NCBI GenBank assembly: GCA_964016885.1
Contig: OZ024744.1
Coordinates: 116,188,001 to 116,252,000 of the forward strand
Reading direction: 5' to 3'
Source: Eledone cirrhosa
Lineage: Eukaryota
DNA length: 64,000 nt
The stretch's first letter is position 1. Every line of letters begins with the position of its first letter. The translations under genes were made by a program, and so were the position numbers. This document shows, piece after piece, positions 12,143 through 24,900 of this stretch. A model generated the notes under the pieces. The model had not been told where the DNA came from, made no database searches, and saw only the letters and a program-made list of their open reading frames with translations.

Positions 12143-14398
12143 TTTAGCAGCATAGTGTATAAATGTTATTGAGACACGAGTAACATAATAATGATGTCAA
12201 CTGCAGAAATTAGAGATGAAATGTATGTTTATTTTTGTTGTAGCACAAATAATGTTTGTTAACTTGTATGGTTGAAGTTACACATAAAATGAGGTTACAA
12301 AAGGGAATGTGCCATTGTGCCAGGCCCAAGCAAGGCCGGCAGGTCAAAGTGCAAAATCTCACCGTCACATGTTGTACGTGTTGCTGATTCGAAGTTTAGG
12401 GTGTGAGAGCGAGATTCTTCAAATCCTCACAGGGAATTTCTCCCTCAGGGCGCGTAGGGATACATCCTCTTCTACTGGCGTTGATTGGCTGAGCTCAGCC
12501 ACTTCACGCACAGAGAATGTATGTGAGCCCGTGGAATGTAGGTCACTACAAGACTCCCCCTCTAGACGTAAGACGATACAGATTATTGAATCAGCAGGAA
12601 AAAAATACTGAAAGAACACATCAGTGAAAAAATAATTGAGCAGAAGGATGTATGCAAGAAAAAAATGAGGCGCTAAGTGCCGTGTTGAGCCACTGTGTCA
12701 AATGACTAGCTGTTTTGTAGTTTATACGTGACCACCAAAGGTCTAACAGAAAACGGATAAAGTCTGATATGGCCGAAGTTGCTGTTCTTGCATTAAATGT
12801 TAATGGTAAGTGTTGTACCAGTAGCTGTGGTAGAAGTTATTATGGTAGGTTACCGGTGCTGGCAAGAAGATGATGGGTAGGCGAGAAAATGTCGGCCTCC
12901 CAGATGTATTGCCGAAAGTGCTAGGCAGCCAGGAAAAAATGGCTGGTTGCTTTGAAAAGAAAAAAGCAAGTTGAATCTGTAGGTGGGTAGTAGTTGCAGT
13001 GTAAAATCCATAATTCTGGCGAATCCACAGAAGTGGTGGAAATGCTGACAAGTCCAGTTCTATTTGTTGTTTTCCAAGTGAGTCAGGTAAGGTAACAAGA
13101 TGGAGGTTGTTATGGACGATGAGTGTGTAAGGAGATGCGAAACTGTTTGAGTTCAGCTGCAATTAGCATTCTCGTGTTGCGGTGCCTGTTTGAATCCAGG
13201 TGAATTAAGCTCTATGAGTCGCTAGCATGTGACGGCACCTCAACCAGGTGAAAAGGGATCTTGCAGAATACTACGTTTGAAGAACATATACTAAGAACAA
13301 TAACATGTTGGTGGGTGACAAAGAAATGTGTACATATGCAGGCATGTAATGCAGCAAAGAAAATGTGTGGGTGCAGTCATATATACAATGATAAAAAAAT
13401 GATGCAGTCATATATACAATGATAGAAAAAAATGAATTTCCATATAATACAGTTTAGAAAAAATAAATGTCCAAAATAAATGCCTGAAAAAAATAAAAGG
13501 AAGAAAGAAAGAATTGTTTCTTTTCTTTTAACAAAAAGTGCGCTTTTCTTTTCTTTGAAATTTCTTTGGGATCGCTCTTACTAGGCAGCTAGCAGTGTTG
13601 TTGTTAAAGCAAAGTCACAATGAATCTTCTGTAGAATCGGAGTCGAGCGTTGAAGAGCCTAGAGTCACCAATATGGCAGTCACGTCTGACGCCATAGTGG
13701 TGAGAAGACTGATGTCTTAATTTCTCGAGTCCCTGTGGTAACGAGACAGAAGGTATGGTGGTTGCGTCGTTAAAGTTACAAGCTGCCACATCGCCATTCC
13801 CTGGTGTTGGTTAGTAGTTAGCCATGTGTTGCTGCTGATGGCTGGTAGTAGAGAAGTACTTGGTGGTAGCCGTTTTTAGATTTCCCCGTGGCGTAAATTT
13901 TTTTATTTTTTGCACATACACTGCCAATTTTAATATTATTTCAAAAGGAATATTTTGAACTGAAAATATTCATCACGTCGGGGTCACCACTTTTAGCAGC
14001 ATAGTGTATAAATGTTATTGAGACACGAGTAACATAATAATGATGTCAACAGCAGAAATTAGAGATGAAATGTATGTTTATTTTTGTTGTAGCACAAATA
14101 ATGTTTGTTAACTTGTATGGTTGAAGTTACACATAAAATGAGGTTACAAAAGGGAATGTGCCATTGTGCCAGGCCCAAGGAAGGCCGGCAGGGCAAAGTG
14201 CAAAATCTCACCGTCACATGTTGTACGTGTTGCTGGTTCGAAGTTCAGGGTGCGAGAGCGAGATTCTTCAAATCCTCACGGGGAATTTCTCCCCCAGGGC
14301 GCGTGGGGTACATCCTCTTCTACTAGCGTTGATTGGCTGAGCTGAGCCAAATCACGCACAGAGAATGTATATGAGCCCGCGGAATGTAGGTCACTACA
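12143..14398 (-). mobile_element. Non-autonomous LTR retroelement, family A, copy 1 (LTRs 13992-14398 and 12143-12550)
   Basis: Two ~408-bp direct repeats, TSD aatg on both sides, PBS next to the 5' LTR, PPT AGAGGGGGAG next to the 3' LTR. The 1.44-kb internal region has no pol motifs. Confidence 0.92.
13972..13989 (-). promoter_or_regulatory. Primer-binding site, tRNA-Trp (also 18598-18615 on - and 61977-61994 on +)
   Basis: TGGTGACCCCGACGTGAT is the complement of the 3' 18 nt of metazoan tRNA-Trp (ATCACGTCGGGGTCACCA), 1-2 nt from the LTR end. Confidence 0.9.
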
Positions 14399-16692
14399 AA
14401 TGTTTTGTGCAAGAACACAACACACAACCCAGGCTAAAGCCCTTACCACAAGGCCACCACACACCTCTACTGGAGTATTGTGAAATTAAGAGTTTTGTTC
14501 AAGAACACAGCACACAACCCAGTCTAACACCCTTACCACTAAGACACCACATACCTCCACTGTAGTATACTGGTGTAATGTGAAATCTTTTGTTCAAGAA
14601 CACAACACACAACCCAGTCTAACACCCTTACCACTAGGCCACCACATACCTCCACAGTTGTATGCTGGAGTAATGTGAAATGAAGTGTCTTGTTCAAGAA
14701 CACAGCACACAACCCAGTCTAACACCCTTACCACTAAGACACCACATACCTCCACTGTAGTATACTGGAGTAATGTGAAATCTTTTGTTCAAGAACACAA
14801 CACACAACCCAGTCTAACGCCCTTACCACTAGGCCACCACATACCTCCACAGTTGTATGCTGGAGTAATGTGAAATGAAGTGTCTTGTTCAAGAACACAA
14901 CACACAACCTAGTCTAACACCCTTACCACTAGGCCACCACATACCTCCACTGTAGTATACCGGAGTAATGTGAAATGAAGTGTCTTGTTCAAGAACACAA
15001 CACACAACCCAGTATAACACCCTTACCACTAGGCCACCACATACCTCCAATGTAGTATACTGGAGTAATGTGAAATGTAGTGTCTTGTTCAAGAACACAA
15101 CACACAACCCAGTCTAACACACTTACCACTAGGCCACCACATACCTCCACTGTAGTATACTGGAGTAATGTGAAATGTAGTGTTTTGTTCAAGAACTCAA
15201 CACACAACCCAGTCTAACACCCTTACCACTAGGCCACCACATACCTCCAATGTAGTATACTGGAGTAATGTGAAATGTAATGTCTTGTTCAAGAACTCAA
15301 CACACAACCCAGTCTAACACCCTTACCACTAGGCCACCACATACCTCCAATGTAGTATACTGGAGTAATGTGAAATGTAGTGTCTTGTTCAAGAACACAA
15401 CACACAACCCACTCTAACACCCTTACCACTCGGTCACCACTTACCTTCACTGTAGTATACTGGGGCAATGTGAAATGTAGTGTTTTGTTCAAGAACACAA
15501 CACCCAACCCAGTCTAACACCCTTACCACTAGGCCACCACATACCTCCACTGTAGTATACTGGAGTAATGTGAAATGTAGTGTTTTGTTCAAGAACACAA
15601 CACACAACCCAGTCTAACACCCTTACCACTAGGCCACCCCATACCTCCACTGTAGTATACTGGAGTAATGTGAAATGAAGTGTCTTGTTCAAGAACACAA
15701 CACACAACCCACTGTAACACCCTCACCACTAGGCCACCACATACCTACACTGTAGTATACTGGAGTAATGTGAAATGAAGTGTTTTGTTCAAGAACACAA
15801 CACACAACCCAGTCTAACACCCTTACCACTAGGCCACCCCATACCTCCACTGTAGTATACTGGAGTAATGTGAAATGAAGTGTCTTGTTCAAGAACACAA
15901 GACACAACCCAGTCCAACACCCTTACCACTAGGCCACCGCATACCTCCACTGTAGTATACTGGAGTAATGTGAAATGAAGTGTCTTGTTCAAGAACACAA
16001 CACACAACCCAGTCTAACAACCTTACCATTAGGCCGCCACATACCTCTACTGTAGTATACAGGAGTAATGTGAAATGAAGTGTCTTGTTCAAGAACACAA
16101 CACACAACCCAGTCTAATAACCTTACCACTAGGCCACCACATACCTCCACTGTAGTATACTGGAGTAATGTGAAATGAAGTGTTTTGTTCAAGAACACAA
16201 CACACAACCCAGTCTAACACCCTTACCACTAGGCCACCACAGACCTCCACTGTAGTATACTGTAGTAATGTGAAATGAAGTGTTTTGTTCAAGCACACAA
16301 CACACAACCCAGTCTAATACCCTTACCACTAGGCCACCACATACCTCCACTGTAGTATACTGGAGTAATGTGAAATGTAGTGTTTTGTTCAAGCACACAA
16401 CACACAACCCAGTCTAACACCCTTACCACTAGGCCACCCTGTACCTCCACTGTAGTATACTGGAGTAATGTGAAATGTAGTGTTTCGTTCAAGAACACAA
16501 CACATAACCTAGTCTAACACCCTTACCACTACGCATCACACACCTCCACTGTAGTTTACTGGAGTAATGTGAAAGGAAATCTTTAGCAGCATAGTGTATA
16601 AATGTTATTGAGACACGTGTAACATAATAATGATGTCAACTGCAGAAATTAGAGATGAAATGTATGTTTATTTTTGTTGTAGCACAAATAAT

Positions 16693-16871
16693 TGTTTCTA
16701 CTTTTGGCACAAGGCCAGCAAATACCCAGTGTATTACTGGTACTTTATTTTATCGACCCCATAAGGATGAAAGGCAAAGTTAACCTCGGCGGGATTTGAA
16801 CTCAGAATGGCAAGGGCCGTAACTCTATGCGTCAAAGCATGGCGTCCGACTCTCTACCGATACTGCCAATC
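16693..16871 (-). mobile_element. tRNA-derived SINE in LTR
   Basis: A box TGGCAGTATCGG, B box GAGTTCAAATCC; flanked by the 12-bp direct repeat agcacaaataat. Confidence 0.85.
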
Positions 16872-18728
16872 AGCACAAATAATGTTTGTTAACTTGTATG
16901 GTTGAAGTTACACGTAAAATGAGGTTACAAAAGGGAATGTGCCATTGTGCCAGGCCCAAGGAAGGCTGGCAGCGCAAAATGCAAAATCTCACCGTCACAT
17001 GTTGTACGTGTTGCTGGTTCGAAGTTTAGGGTGCGAGAGCGAGATTCTTCAAATCCTCACAGGGAATTTCTCCCTCAGGGCACGTAGGGATACATCCTCT
17101 TCTACTGGCGTTCATTGGCTGAGCTCAGCCACATCACGGACAGAGATGTATGTGAGCCCATGGAATGTAGGTCACTACAATACTCCCCCTCTAGACGTAA
17201 GACGATACAGATTATTGAATCAGCAGGAAAAAAATACTGAAAGAACACATCAGTGAAAAAATAATTGAGCAGAAGGATGTAAGCAAGAAAAAAAATGAGG
17301 CGCTAAGTGCCGTGTTGAGCTGCTGTGTCAAATGACTAGCTGTTTTGTAGTTTATACGTGACCACCAAAGGTCTAACAGAAAACGGATAAAGTCTGATAT
17401 GGCCGAAGTTGCTGTTCTTGCATTAAATGTTAATGGTAAGTGTTGTACCAGTAGCTGTGGTAGAAGCTATTATGGTAGGTTACCGGTGCTGGCAAGAAGA
17501 TGATGGGTAGGCGAGAAAATGTCGGCCTGCCAGATGTATTGCCGAAAGTGCTAGGCAGCCAGGAAAAAATGGCTGGTTGCTTTGAAAAGAAAAATGCAAG
17601 TTGAATCTGTAGGTGGGTAGTAGTTGCAGTGTAAAATCCATAATTCTGGCGAATCCACAGAAGTGGTGGAAATGCTGACAAGTCCAGTTCTATTTGTTGT
17701 TTTCCCAGTGAATCAGGTAAGGTAACAAGATAGAGGTTGTTATGGACGATGAGTGTGCAAGGAGATGCGAAACTGTTTGAGTTCAGCTGCAATTAGCATT
17801 CTCGTGTTGCGGTACCTGTTTGAATCCAGGTGAATTAAGCTCTATGAGTCGCTAGCATGTGACGGCACCTCAACCAGGTGAAAAGGGATCTCGCAGAATA
17901 CTACGTTTGAAGAACATATACTAAGAACAACAACATGTTGGTGGGTGACAAAGAAATGTGTACATATGCAGGCATGTAATGCAGCAAAGAAAATGTGTGG
18001 GTGCAGTCATATATACAATGATAAAAAAATGATGCAGTCATATATACAATGATAGAAAAAAATGAATTTCCATATAATACAGTTTAGAAAAAATAAATAT
18101 CCAAAATAAATGCCTGAAAAAAATAAAAGAAAGAAAGAATTGTTTCTTTTCTTTTAACAAAAAGTGCGCTTTTCTTTTCTTTGAAATTTCTTTGGGATCG
18201 CTCTTACTAGGCAGCTAGCAGTGTTGTTGTTAAAGCAAAGTCACAATGAATCTTCTGTAGAATCGGAGTCGAGCGTTGAAGAGCCTAGAGTCACCAATAT
18301 GGCAGTCACGTCTGACGCCATAGTGGTGAGAAGACTGATGTCTTAATTTCTCGAGTCCCTGTGGTAACGAGACAGAAGGTATGGTGGTTGCGTCGGTAAA
18401 GTTACAAGCTGCCACATCGCCATTCCCTGGTGTTGGTTAGTAGTTAGCCATGTGTTGCTGCTGATGGCTGGTAGTAGAGAAGTACTTGGTGGTAGCCGTT
18501 TTTAGATTTCCCCGTGGCGTAAATTTTTTTATTTTTTGCACATACACTGCCAATTTTAATATTATTTCAAAAGGAATATTTTGAACTGAAAATATTCATC
18601 ACGTCGGGGTCACCACTTTTAGCAGCATAGTGTATAAATGTTATTGGTACATGAGTAACATAATAATGATGTCAACAGCAGAAATTAGAGATGAAATGTA
18701 TGTTTATTTTTGTTGTAGCACAAATAAT

Positions 18729-18909
18729 TGTTTCTACTTTAGGCACAAGACCAGCAAATACCCAGTGCATTACTGGTACTTTATTTTATCGACCCCGTAA
18801 GGATGAAAGGCAAAGTCAACCTCGGCGGGATTTGAACTCAGATCGTAAAGGGACGTAACTATGCTGGAAAGCATGGCGTCCGACCCTCTACCGATACTGC
18901 CAATCCACC
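18729..18909 (-). mobile_element. tRNA-derived SINE in LTR
   Basis: Same SINE at the same LTR position; direct repeat gcacaaataat. Confidence 0.85.
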
Positions 18910-21900
18910 GCACAAATAATGTTTGTTAACTTGTATGGTTGAAGTTACACATAAAATGAGGTTACAAAAGGGAATGTGCCATTGTGCCAGGCCCAAGGAA
19001 GGCCGGCAGGGCAAAGTGCAAAATCTCACCGTCACATGTTGTACGTGTTGCTGGTTCGAAGTTCAGGGTGCGAGAGCGAGATTCTTCAAATCCTCACGGG
19101 GAATTTCTCCCCCAGGGCGCGTGGGGTACATCCTCTTCTACTGGCGTTGATTGGCTGAGCTGAGCCAAATCACGCACAGAGAATGTATATGAGCCCGCGG
19201 AATGTAGGTCACTACAAATGTTTTGTGCAAGAACACAACACACAACCCAGGCTAACACCCTTACCACACGGTCACCACTTACCTTCACTGTAGTATACTG
19301 GAGTAATGTGAAATGAAGTGTCTTGTTCAAGATCACAACACACAACCCAGTATAAAACCCTTACCACAAGGCCACCACACACATCTACTGGAGTATTGTG
19401 AAATTAAGAGTTTTGTTCAAGAACACAGCACACAACCCAGTCTAACACCCTTACCACTAAGACACCACATACCTTCACTGTAGTATACAGGAGTAATGTG
19501 AAATCTTTTGTTCAAGAACACAACACACAACCCAGTCTAACACCCTTACCACTAGGCCACCCCATACCTCCACTGTAGTATACTGGAGTAATTTGAAATG
19601 TTTTGTTCAAGAACACAACACACAACCCAGTCTAAAACACCCTTACCACTAGGCCACCACATACCTCCACTGTAGTATACTGGAGTAATGTGAAATGAAG
19701 TGTTTTGTTCAAGAACACAACACACAACCCAGTCTAACACCCTTACCACTAGGCCACCACATACCTCCACTGTAGTATACTGGAGTAATATGAAATGAAG
19801 TGTTCAAGAACACAACACACAACCCAGTCTAACACACTTACCACTAGGCCACCACATACCACCACAATTCTATATTGGAGTAATGTGAAATGTAGTATGT
19901 TGTTCAAGAACGCAACACACAACCCAGTCTAACACCCTTACCACTAGGCCACCACATACCTCCACTGTAGTATATGGAGTAATGTGAAATGAAGTGTTTT
20001 GTTCAAGAACACAACACACAACCCAGTCTAACACCCTTACCACTAGGCAACCACATACCTCCACTGTAGTATATTGGAGCAATGTGAAATGTAGTGTTTT
20101 GTTCAAGAACACAACACACAACCCAGTCTAACACCCTTACCACTAGGTCACCCCATACCTCCACTGTAGTATGCTAGAGTAATGTGAAATATGTGTTTTA
20201 TTCAAGCACTCAACACACAACCCAGTCTAAAACCCTTACCACTAGGCCACCACACACCTCCACTGTAGTCTGCTGGGGTAACGTGAAATGAAGTGGTTTG
20301 TTAAAAACATGAAACACAACCCAGTCTAACACCCTTACCACTAGGCCACCACATACCTCCACTGTAGTATACTGGAATAATGTGAAATGAAGTGTTTTGT
20401 TCAAGAACACAACACACAACCCAGTCTAACACCCTTACCACTAGGCCACCACATACCTCCACTGTAGTATACTGGAATAATGTGAAATGTAGTGTTTTGT
20501 GCAAGAACACAACACACAACCCAGTCTAACACAGTTACCACTAGGCCACCACATACCTCCACTGTAGTATATTGGAGCAATGTGAAATGTAGTGTTTTGT
20601 TTAAGAACACAACACACAACCCAGTCTAACACACTTACCACTAGGCCACCACATACCTCCACTGTAGTATACTGGAGTAATGTGAAATGTAGTGTTTTGT
20701 TCAAGAACACAACACACAACCCAGTCTAACACCCTTACCACTAGGCCACCACATACCTCCACTGTAGTATACTGGAGTAATGGGAAATGTAGTGTTTTGT
20801 TCAAGAACACAACACACAACCCAGTCTAACACCCTTACCACTAGGCCACCACATACCTCCACTGTAGTATACTGGAGTAATGTGAAATGAAGTGTTTTGT
20901 TCAAGAACTCAAAATATAATTCACGACCTAGTCTAACACCCTTACCAAGAGGCAAGCCCATACCTCCACTGTAGTATACTGGAGTAATGTGCAATGAAGT
21001 GTTTTGTTCAAGAACACAACACAAAACACAACCCAGTCTAACACCCTTACCACTAGGCCACCACATACCTCCACTGTAGTATACTGGAATAATGTGAAAT
21101 GAAGTGTTTTGTTCAAGAACACAACACACAACCCAGTCTAACACCCTTACCACTAGGCCACCACATACCTCCACTGTAGTATACTGGAATAATGTGAAAT
21201 GAAGTGTTTTGTTCAAGAACACATCACGCAACCCAGTCTAACACCCTTACCACTAGGCCACCACATACCTCCACTGTTCTATACTGGAGTAATGTGAATT
21301 GAAGTGTTCAAGAACAGAACACACAACCCAGTCTAACACACTTAACATTAGGCCACCAGATACCTCCACTGTAGTATACTGGTGTAATATGAAATGAAGT
21401 GTTTTGTTCAAGAACGCAACACACAAGGCAGTCTAACACCCTTACCACTAGGCCACCACACACCTCCACTGTAGTATACTGGAGTAAGGTGAAATGTAGT
21501 GTTTTGTTCAAGAACACAACACACAACCCACTCTAGCACCCTTACCACTAGGCCACCACATACCTGCCCTGTAGTATACTGGAGTAATGTGAAATGTAGT
21601 GTGTTTTTCAAGAACACAACACACAACCCAGTCTAACACCCTTACCACTAGGCCACCACATACCTGCACTGTAGTATACTGGAGCAATGTGAAATGTTTT
21701 TTTCAAGAACACAACACACAACCCAGTCTAACACCCTTACCAATAGGCAACCGCATACCTCCACTGTAGTATACTGGTGTAATATGAAATGAAGTGTTTT
21801 GTTCAAGAACACAAAACACAAGCCAGTCTAACACCCTTACCACTAGGCCACAACATACCTCCACTGTAGTATACTGGAGTAATGTAAAATGTAGTGTTTT

Positions 21901-24900
21901 ATTCAAGAACACAACACACAAACCAGTCTAACACCCTTACCACTAGGCCACCACATACCCCCACTGTAGTATACTGGAGCAATATGAAATGTTTTGTTCA
22001 AAAACACAAGACACAACCCAGTCTAACACCCTTACCACTAGGCCACCACACACCTGCACTGTAGTATACTGGAGTAATGTGAAATGTAGGGTTTTGTTCA
22101 AGAACACAACACACAACCCACTCTAGCACCCTTACCACTAGGCCACCACATACCTGCTCTGTAGTATACTGGAGTAATGTGAAATGTAGTGTTTTTTTCA
22201 AGAACACAACACACAATCCAGTACAACACCCTTACCACTATGCCACCACATACCTCCACTGTAGGATACTGCAGCAATGTAAAATGTTTTGTTCAAGAAC
22301 ACAACATACAAGCCAGTCTAACACCCTTACCAATAGGCCACCACATACCTCCAGTGTAGTTTACTGGAGTAATGTGAAATGAAATGTTTTGTTCAAGAAC
22401 ACAACACACAACCCAGTCTAACACCCTTACCACTCGGTCAATTTTACCTTCACTGTAGTATAGTTGGGTAATGTGAAATGTAGTGCTTTGTTCGAGAACA
22501 CAATACACAACCCATTCTAACACCCTACCACTAGGCCACCACAAACCTCCACTGTAGTATACTGGAGCAATGTGAAATCTTTTGTCAAGAACACAACACA
22601 CAACCCAGTCTAATACCCTTGCCACTAGGCCACCACATACCTGCACTGTAGTATACTGTAGTAATGTGAAATGTTTTTTTATAGAAAACAACACACAACC
22701 CAGTCTAACACCATTACCAATAGGCCACCACATAACTCCACTGTAGTATACTGGAGTAATATGAAATGAAGTGTTTTGTTCAAGAACACAAAACACAAGC
22801 CAGTCTAACACCCTTACCACTAGGCCACGACATACCTCCAGTGTAGTATACTGGAGTAATGTGAAATGTAGTGTTTTATTCAAGAACACAACACACAATC
22901 TAGTCTAACACCCTTACCACTAGGCCACCCCATACCTCCACTGTAGTATACTGGAGTAACGTGAAATGAAGTGTCTTGTTCAAGAACACAACACACAATC
23001 TAGTCTAACACCCTTACCACAATGCCACCACATACCGCCACTGTAGTATACTGGTGCAATGTGAAATGTTTTGTTCAAGAACACAAGACACAATCCAGTC
23101 TAACACCCTTACCACTAGGCCACCACATACCTCCACTGTAGTATACTGGAGTAATGTGAAATGAAGTGTTTTTTTCAAGAACACAACACACAACCCAGTC
23201 TAACACCCTTACCACTAGGCCACCCCATACCTCCACTGTAGTATACTGGAGTAACGTGAAATGAAGTGTCTTGTTCAAGAACACAACACACAACACAGTC
23301 TAACACCATTAACAATAGGCCATCACATACCTCCACTGTAGTATACTGGAGTAATGTGAAATGAAGTGTTTTATTCAAGAACACAAGACACAACCCAGTC
23401 TAACACCCTTACCACTATGCCACCACATACCTCCACTGTAGGGTACTGGAGCAATGTAAAATGTTTTGTTCAAGAACACAACACACAACCCAGTCTAACA
23501 CCCTTACCAATAGGCCACCACATACCTCCAGTATAATATACTGGTGTAATATGAAATGAAGTGTTTTGTTCAAGAACACAACACACAACCCATTCAAACA
23601 CCCTACCACTAGGCCACCACATACCTCCACTGTAGTATACTGGAGCAATGTGAAATCTTTTGTCAAGAACACAACACACAACCCTGTCTAACACCCTTAC
23701 CTCTAGGCCACCACATACCTCCACTGTAGTATAGTGTAGTAATGTGAAATGAAGTGTTTTTTTCAAGAACACAACACACAACCCAGTCTAAGACCCTTAC
23801 CGCTAGGCCACCACATACCTCCACTGTAGTATACTGGAATAATGTGAAATGAAGTATCTTGTTCAAGAACACAACACACAACCCAGTCTAATACCCTACC
23901 ACTAGGCCACCACATACCTCCACGGCAGTATACTGGAGTAACGTGAAATGTAGTGTTTTTTTCAAGAACACAACACAGAACCCAGTCTAACACCCTTACC
24001 ACTAGGCCATCACATAACTCCACTGTAGTATACTGGTGTAATATGAAGTGAAGTGTTTTGTTCAAGAACACAACAAACAAACCTGTCTAACACCCTTACC
24101 ACTCGGCCACCACATACCGCCACTGTAGTATACTGGAGTAATGGAAAATGAAGTGTCTTGTTCAAGTACACAACACACAACCCAGTCTAACAACCTTGCC
24201 ATTAGGCCACCACATACCTCCACTGTAGTATACTGGAGTGATGTGAAATGAAGTGTTTTGTTCAAGAACACAACACCGCCCAACCCAGTCTAACACCCTT
24301 ACCACTAGGCCACCACATACCACCGCGGTAGTATACTGGAGTAATGTGAAATGAAGTGTTTTGTTCAAGAACACAACACACAACCCAGTCTAACACCCTT
24401 ACCACTCGGTCACCACATAGCTCCCCTGTAGTATACTGGAGTAATGTGAAATGAAGTGTCTTGTTCAAGAACACAACACACAACACAGTCTAACACCCTT
24501 ACCACTAGGCCACCACATACCCCCACTGTAGTATACTGGAGTAATGTGAAATGAAGTGTTTTTTTCAAGAACACAACACACAACCCAGTCTAACACACTT
24601 ACCACTAGGCCACCACATACCTCCACTGTAGTATACTGGAGTAATGTGAAATGTAGTGCTTTGTTCAAGAACACGATACACAACCCATTCTAACACCCTA
24701 CCACTTGGCCACCACATACCTCCACTGTAGTATACTGGTGTTATGTGAAATGAAGTGTCTTGTTCAAGAACACAACACACAACCCAGTCTAACACCCTTA
24801 CCACTCGGGCACCACTTACCTTCACTGTGGTATAGTGGGGTAATGTGAAATGTAGTGTTTTGGTCAAGAACACAAAACACAACCCAGTCTAACACCCTTA

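Larger units (their letters stand above)
16582..19216 (-). mobile_element. Non-autonomous LTR retroelement, family A, copy 2 (LTRs 18618-19216 and 16582-17179, both SINE-containing)
   Basis: Internal region nearly identical to copy 1; same PBS and PPT; flanks aatc/aatg. Confidence 0.92.
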
